This document shows positions 58,629 through 64,000 of a stretch of 64,000 bases of DNA, piece by piece. How positions within the stretch are numbered: the first letter of the stretch is position 1; every line of letters begins with the position of its first letter. This stretch comes from an uncultured Candidatus Saccharibacteria bacterium (GTDB lineage: Bacteria > Patescibacteriota > Saccharimonadia > Saccharimonadales > Saccharimonadaceae). The stretch spans positions 82,321 to 146,320 of the forward strand of contig CALIQQ010000002.1 of the NCBI GenBank assembly GCA_938043965.1, written 5' to 3'. A program made the translations under genes and the position numbers. The notes beneath the pieces are model-generated. The model saw only the letters and a list, made by a program, of their open reading frames with translations. It had not been told where the DNA came from and made no database searches.

Positions 58629-60179
58629 ATGAAAAAAGCAGCCTCTTATCAACAGGAAATTGGTCGAGTTATCGAAAAAATGCGTAAGGATAAGGGCTTG
58701 ACTCAAGCCGAGCTCGCAAAAGAGATTGGTACCTCCCAGTCTGCAATCCATCGCATCGAAAAAGGGGATCAAAACATCTCGCTAGAGATGGTGAAAAAGA
58801 TCTCGAGCGAGCTGGGCGGCCAGATCCTCTCTATAAACGACTCATCTTCACAGAGTTATCGTATTAACGGTGGTCGCACCTTGAGCGGCGAGATTACTAT
58901 TAACACCTCGAAAAATGCTGCCGTTGGTCTGCTCTGTGCAGCTTTATTGAACTCTGGTAAAACCGTCCTTCATCATATTGCTCGCATTGAAGAAGTTTTT
59001 CGTATTATCGAAGTATTAGAATCAATTGGCGTTAAATGTCGCTGGGTAAATCGCCGTAAAGATCTTGAAATTATATCACCAAAAGAATTAAAGTTACAGG
59101 ATCTAAATGTTGAGGCGGCTCGTCGTACTCGTTCTATTATTATGTTTATGGGCCCACTTTTACATCAGTTTAAGAAGTTTGAACTACCATATGCTGGCGG
59201 CTGTTCACTTGGCACCAGAACGGTTGACCCACACCTTCGCGCCCTTAGTACTTTTGGTCTGGAAGTTGACGCTAAAGCTAAGGCGGGCTTCTATCATATC
59301 ACTGTCGACCAAAAACAGCTTCACCATGTCGAAAATAAGAAAATCGTTCTCATCGAACGTGGCGATACTGTAACCGAAAACGTTCTTATGGCGGCTGCGC
59401 TCTATCCTGGAAAAACTACCATCGTGGGCGCTAGTCCAAATTACATGGTGCAGGATGTTTGTTTCTTCTTGGAAAAACTAGGCGTAAAAATCAAAGGTAT
59501 CGGCACCACTACTCTCGAAGTCACTGGTATTTCAAAGATTGATCGTGATATCGAATACTGGCCGAGCGAAGACCCGATCGAGTGCATGTCATTTATTGCT
59601 GCAGCTCTAGTTACTAAATCGGAAATTACTATCACTCATGCTCCAATTGAGTTTCTGGAAATTGAACTCGAAGTCTTAAAATCAATGAACGCTAAAATTC
59701 AAATTAGCGAGGAGTATCGTTCGCGTAACGAGAAAACGCGACTAGTAGATCTAAGAATTAAAAAATCTAATCTAAAAGCTCCAATGGACAAAATTCATCC
59801 GATGCCATTTCCGGGTCTGAATATCGATAATCTACCATTCTTTGGCGTTATTGCTGCCGTGGCCGAGGGGCGCACTTTGATTCATGACTGGGTTTTTGAA
59901 AATCGTGCCATCTATACTAGCTATCTTTCGAATCTTAACGCTAAAATTGAACTCCTCGATGCTCATCGCGTCTACATAGAAGGTCCAACTAACTGGCATT
60001 CGGCTGAGCTAGTTGCACCACCAGCTCTTCGCCCGGCTGTCGTGATTTTGATTGCTATGTTAGCCGCTCCAGGTACTTCGATTTTACGTAACGTCTATTC
60101 AATTTCGCGCGGTTATCAAGATTTTGCTCGCCGACTTAATCATCTCGGCGCCGACATTAAGCCCCTAGTCGGCATTTAA
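58629..60179 (+). CDS. murA: UDP-GlcNAc 1-carboxyvinyltransferase with N-terminal XRE HTH
   Basis: HTH LTQAELAKEIGTSQSAIHRIEKG; SKNAA, GGCSLGTR, TENVLMAA, PFPG. Confidence 0.92.
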   Translation: MKKAASYQQEIGRVIEKMRKDKGLTQAELAKEIGTSQSAIHRIEKGDQNISLEMVKKISSELGGQILSINDSSSQSYRINGGRTLSGEITINTSKNAAVGLLCAALLNSGKTVLHHIARIEEVFRIIEVLESIGVKCRWVNRRKDLEIISPKELKLQDLNVEAARRTRSIIMFMGPLLHQFKKFELPYAGGCSLGTRTVDPHLRALSTFGLEVDAKAKAGFYHITVDQKQLHHVENKKIVLIERGDTVTENVLMAAALYPGKTTIVGASPNYMVQDVCFFLEKLGVKIKGIGTTTLEVTGISKIDRDIEYWPSEDPIECMSFIAAALVTKSEITITHAPIEFLEIELEVLKSMNAKIQISEEYRSRNEKTRLVDLRIKKSNLKAPMDKIHPMPFPGLNIDNLPFFGVIAAVAEGRTLIHDWVFENRAIYTSYLSNLNAKIELLDAHRVYIEGPTNWHSAELVAPPALRPAVVILIAMLAAPGTSILRNVYSISRGYQDFARRLNHLGADIKPLVGI

Positions 60180-60195
60180 TGCTATAATAGTATTC

Positions 60196-62334
60196 ATGTT
60201 TACGGAGGGTTTAAATCAAGAACAAAAGCGCGCGGTCGAAACGCTTGCGGGCCCGGTTCTAATTTTAGCTGGCGCTGGTTCCGGTAAAACTAAAACGCTC
60301 ACTCATCGCATTGCTAATTTGTTGGCCCACGGCGTTAATGAACGAGAAATTCTTGCCGTTACCTTTACAAATAAAGCTGCTCGTGAAATGCGTGAGCGAC
60401 TTTGGAATCTACTTTATCCCGAAAGGCTTGACGAAGTCCCGCGTGAGTTTATGCCCTACATGGGCACCTTTCATTCTATCTGCGTTAAAATTTTACGCAT
60501 CGAGTCGGAGGCTGCTAGACTTGGCAAAAACTTTGTCATTTATGATATGGACGATCAAGTCGCTTTAATTAAACGCGCTTTTAAGGAACTCGGTATCGAC
60601 GACAAATACCTGAAGCCTAAAGCTGTTCAGTCAATCATTTCAAGCTGTAAAAACTCTGGCGAAACTGCAGACAGTTACGAAAGTAATGCGATTTATCCCA
60701 ACCAAAAAAATACCGCTAAGGTATTTCGCGCCTACGAAAAAATGAAAAATGAAGCCAACGCGCTCGATTTTGATGACTTACTATTGAAAGTAGTTGAACT
60801 ATTTAGTAATAACTCAGTCATTCATCAAAAATGGCAGCAGCGCTTTCAGCATATCTTGATTGACGAGTATCAGGACACTAACCGCGTCCAGTACCATCTT
60901 GTTAAAGCGCTCGTGGGTCCATCTCAAAACATTTGTGTTGTCGGTGATGACTGGCAGTCGATTTATTCTTGGCGTGGTGCCGACTTTACGAACATTTTGA
61001 ATTTCGAACGTGATTTTCCGGGCGCTAAAACTATTAAATTGGAGCAGAACTACCGTTCTACCGGCAACATCCTAAAAGCCTCACAAAAAATTATTAACCA
61101 GAATAAAACCCGTACCGACAAAACTCTTTTTACGGAAGCTGGCGACGGGGAACCAATTGAAATTAAAAACCTACCAGACGAAACTGCTGAAGCTAAATTT
61201 GTGGCCTTTAGAATTGCCACCATGGTGAAATCTGGCAATTACGCTGATTTTGCAATTCTTTATCGCACAAACGCTCAATCCTATAGTTTTGAAAAAGCCC
61301 TCCTTAACTTGCATATCCCCTATAAAATTATTGGCGGCGTAAGATTTTATGACCGCAAGGAAATCAAGGATGCTCTTGCGCTTCTAAAGACCCTCGTTAA
61401 TCCCCGTGACTTTATTTCATTTGAGCGTGTCTGTAAAAATATCCTGCCAGGAGTTGGTCCTACCTCTATCACTAAATTAACCAATTTCATTAACCAGTCA
61501 GTCGCTGCGGAACCGTTAAAAGAGCCCGCTCTAGTTTCCGCAGTTTCTGGCAAGGCAAAACTTTCAGTCCAAAAACTCCAAGATTTTATTCTCGCTACTG
61601 ATTTGACTGCGCAGCCTTCAGAAATCGTTTTGAGCTTACTTGAAAAGTTTAATTTACCAGCCCTAGTTCAAGACGGCACTCCGGCTGGGGAAGAGCGTGC
61701 CATGAACCTAAATGCAATGGTCTCGAACGCTAATGAATTTGATTCGCTGGACGAGTTTTTAGCAGAAGCTGTTTTGATGTCTTCTGCGGATGAGGCGTCT
61801 ACTCAAAAATCTGTCACTTTGATGACCTTGCATGCCGCAAAGGGTCTTGAATTTCCGGTTGTCTTTATGGTTGGAATGGAAGAAGGTCTTTTTCCGTCTT
61901 TACGTTCTGATGATGAGGCTGCCGTGGAGGAAGAACGTCGCTTAGCCTATGTTGGTATGACTCGCGCTAAATCCAATCTCTTTCTTACGTTTGCCTCGTC
62001 TCGTTTCTCTATGGGGCAAAGAAGTTATAATCTGCCATCTCGTTTCTTATCTGAATTAGGTTATCAGCCATATGCTGCTGGCGATGGTCAATATGCTGAT
62101 GAATTTGCCGATACGGTTGATGTGGATTTTGACCCATATGCACCACGCCCGAAAAAGCAACCATTTGACCCCTTCGCTAGGTTTCATCGCCCAGCCGCGA
62201 CTTCGGCTTTAAACTCATCCTCATCCTCTCGTTCATCTTCCAGCTCGTCTTCTAACTCATCCTCCAATTCGGATTCAAGCTGGAATGACGATATCGTTTA
62301 TGACGAAATCGATCCCTTTCCAAGTGATTTCTAA
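60196..62334 (+). CDS. uvrD: UvrD/PcrA superfamily 1 helicase
   Basis: AGAGSGKT, TFTNKAA, DEYQDTN, QSIYSWRGA, LEQNYRS, HAAKGLEF, EERRLAYVGMTRA. Confidence 0.95.
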   Translation: MFTEGLNQEQKRAVETLAGPVLILAGAGSGKTKTLTHRIANLLAHGVNEREILAVTFTNKAAREMRERLWNLLYPERLDEVPREFMPYMGTFHSICVKILRIESEAARLGKNFVIYDMDDQVALIKRAFKELGIDDKYLKPKAVQSIISSCKNSGETADSYESNAIYPNQKNTAKVFRAYEKMKNEANALDFDDLLLKVVELFSNNSVIHQKWQQRFQHILIDEYQDTNRVQYHLVKALVGPSQNICVVGDDWQSIYSWRGADFTNILNFERDFPGAKTIKLEQNYRSTGNILKASQKIINQNKTRTDKTLFTEAGDGEPIEIKNLPDETAEAKFVAFRIATMVKSGNYADFAILYRTNAQSYSFEKALLNLHIPYKIIGGVRFYDRKEIKDALALLKTLVNPRDFISFERVCKNILPGVGPTSITKLTNFINQSVAAEPLKEPALVSAVSGKAKLSVQKLQDFILATDLTAQPSEIVLSLLEKFNLPALVQDGTPAGEERAMNLNAMVSNANEFDSLDEFLAEAVLMSSADEASTQKSVTLMTLHAAKGLEFPVVFMVGMEEGLFPSLRSDDEAAVEEERRLAYVGMTRAKSNLFLTFASSRFSMGQRSYNLPSRFLSELGYQPYAAGDGQYADEFADTVDVDFDPYAPRPKKQPFDPFARFHRPAATSALNSSSSSRSSSSSSSNSSSNSDSSWNDDIVYDEIDPFPSDF

Positions 62335-62335
62335 T

Positions 62336-62451
62336 CTTTAAAAAGCGCCTGAGTGATAACCGAGTAGCGCCTGAACTTTAAAAGCCTGAGTGATGTCCGA
62401 TTAGCACCTGAGCTTTAAAAAGCGCCTGAGTTTTAGTCAGGCGCTTATTTT
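62336..62451. repeat. degenerate 37-40 bp x3 repeat ending in a bidirectional terminator
   Basis: ctttaaaa(ag)cgcctgag units; last unit forms the hairpin aagcgcctga-gttttag-tcaggcgctt. Confidence 0.85.
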
Positions 62452-62452
62452 A

Positions 62453-64000
62453 TTAGTAGTTATTATTGTCGGAACGACGACGGTTTTTTGCAATTAACCA
62501 CCATCCCGATGCTACGACTACTACTGGCACAGTGGCTAGAGCGACATATTTAATCCATCCTTGAGTGTCTTCGGCCTCGGCCGGTTTCTCTTGGTTTTGT
62601 TTGTCATTCTGGCTACTGTTTTTGGTCGTTTGACGCTCCGTAGTTTGGCTTTCTCTGGAACTTTTATCGTTTTGATTTGTCTGTCCATTCTGGGTATTCT
62701 GTTCGCTTTGGCTAGCTCCACCATTATTTTCAGTTTGGTTTACTGAAGGGTTGGCTTGGCTAACTTGGCCAGCGCCTGCTGAAGGGCTAACTTTGTTAAC
62801 TCCAGTTGAAGGTGCGGTTCGACTGCCTTGGTTGGTTGTTGCTGAAGGTACTGTTCGGTTGCCTTGGTTGGTTGCGGTGTTCTGAGCTGGGCGAGTCTGA
62901 CTGCCATTATTATTCGTCTTATTTTCAATTGCTGGAGCGTTCATTTGGCCATTTGCTGTGCTTTGCCCAGTATTTTTATTGTCAACTGGCTTGCTCGGCT
63001 GTACTGGTTGGTTTGGCTTAGCTGGTTGATTAGGGGTTGATGGTTGGCTAGGTTGTGCTGGTTCAGCTGGCTTTGGCTTCACCGGCTCCGATGGCTGTAC
63101 TGGCTTTGGCTCAGCTGGCTTCGGTTGGCTAGGAACTGACGGCTCAGCTGGCTTCGGCTGTACTGGTTTAACCGGTTCTGATGGTTGCACTGGTTTAGCT
63201 GGCTCCGATGGCTGTACTGGCTTCACCGGTTCTGACGGCTCAGCTGGTTTTGGTTTCACAGGCTCCTCCGGTTGTACTACTGGTGGCTTTGGCTGCTCTG
63301 GTTCTGTTTCAGCCGTCGCATCTTCGTATAAGTTGATCATGGCTGCTGCGATGTATCCGCCAGTTGCTTCGCGACCGACAAACTTCACAAATTTAGCCTT
63401 GATTGGATTTTCGAACTCTACACGCTTTAAGACTGAGTTTCTTGCCCAGTTGGCAACTTTAGCTGAAGTAAAATTCACGCCATCTTCGCTAGTTAGAATC
63501 TCGCCTACAGTTACAGTGCCATTAGCGCCAGATACATCTTGCCTTGGCATATATTCAAATGCTTTGAGCTTAATGACCTTATCTAGTTCTAGTACAATCT
63601 CGCGTTTGCTATCGCTGCCGTTCCAGGCTGAATGCCAGAAGGTCTCAGGGTTGCCATCAAGCGCGTATTCTTTGCGATTATTTCGATCCGCTTGTTCTGA
63701 TGAGACCGATTTAATTTTAATTCTGCTACTAGGCACATATTGCTTTGCTTTATTTTCTTCATTTGGCTTGAAGCCGAGCGCTACTTCTTCGCTGAAGAGG
63801 GAAGTGCCGCTGTTTTGCTTTCGTACCATAATGGTTTTATCTCCATCGAATCTAGTTTCGTTGGTTAATTCGTTCCAGGTATTACTATCAGCTGCTTTCC
63901 ATTCTAGCTTCTCGATGTCGCCGACAACTTTATTTTCCAAATCGTTCACAGCAACTCTTGGTGTAGCATGGCGCTTAATATCGATTACGATTGCATGCTT
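62453..64000 (-). CDS. 3' part of large surface protein with F5/8 type C (CBM32/discoidin) domain, Pro-rich stalk and C-terminal TM; truncated by window end
   Basis: ALDGNPETFWHS, Y.PRQD..NG; PVQPSE/KPAEP repeats; TM + KNRRR; frame open to base 64000. Confidence 0.88.
   Translation of the reverse strand, partial: KHAIVIDIKRHATPRVAVNDLENKVVGDIEKLEWKAADSNTWNELTNETRFDGDKTIMVRKQNSGTSLFSEEVALGFKPNEENKAKQYVPSSRIKIKSVSSEQADRNNRKEYALDGNPETFWHSAWNGSDSKREIVLELDKVIKLKAFEYMPRQDVSGANGTVTVGEILTSEDGVNFTSAKVANWARNSVLKRVEFENPIKAKFVKFVGREATGGYIAAAMINLYEDATAETEPEQPKPPVVQPEEPVKPKPAEPSEPVKPVQPSEPAKPVQPSEPVKPVQPKPAEPSVPSQPKPAEPKPVQPSEPVKPKPAEPAQPSQPSTPNQPAKPNQPVQPSKPVDNKNTGQSTANGQMNAPAIENKTNNNGSQTRPAQNTATNQGNRTVPSATTNQGSRTAPSTGVNKVSPSAGAGQVSQANPSVNQTENNGGASQSEQNTQNGQTNQNDKSSRESQTTERQTTKNSSQNDKQNQEKPAEAEDTQGWIKYVALATVPVVVVASGWWLIAKNRRRSDNNNY

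Noticed and set aside
62336..62451. Repeat-spacer-like pattern as a mini-CRISPR
   Set aside because: The intervening segments resemble each other; this is a decayed tandem duplication.
1..64000. Prophage, IS element, reverse transcriptase, rRNA, replication origin or alternative genetic code
   Set aside because: No integrase, transposase, RT motif, phage structural genes, rRNA or DnaA-box cluster was seen; genes are full length under code 11 with TGA used as a stop.

Overview
Ordinary chromosomal segment of a small-genome bacterium, most likely Candidatus Saccharibacteria (TM7/CPR). This is inferred from the VirB6-like membrane protein, PxTG-anchored surface proteins, HTH-MurA fusion, tRNA-Arg(UCG) and compact genes; genetic code 11. 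Housekeeping genes include nrdDG, tilS, lepA, hrcA, grpE, adk, a split phosphoketolase, a class A PBP, tyrS, tpiA, murB, folD, ftsK, recG, rsmD, galU, pgi, gpmI, murA, uvrD/pcrA and 4 tRNAs. There is also a Streptococcus-like vex123-vncRS module and an accessory block of surface/membrane proteins next to tRNA-His. The strongest signal is three dispersed surface-protein genes carrying four Fib_succ_major-like (CLec-fold) domains. The last ~180 nt of each domain vary mainly at codon positions 1-2 of NNY codons, the imprint expected of diversity-generating retroelement (DGR) mutagenesis. No RT or template repeat is in the window, one variable region is internal to a fused two-domain protein, and the paralogs are mosaic. 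Other recurring patterns: 25-45 bp tandem duplications at or beside gene 3' ends, leaderless-type promoters on core genes, and two candidate structured RNAs. All family assignments are from motif recognition by eye, not database searches.
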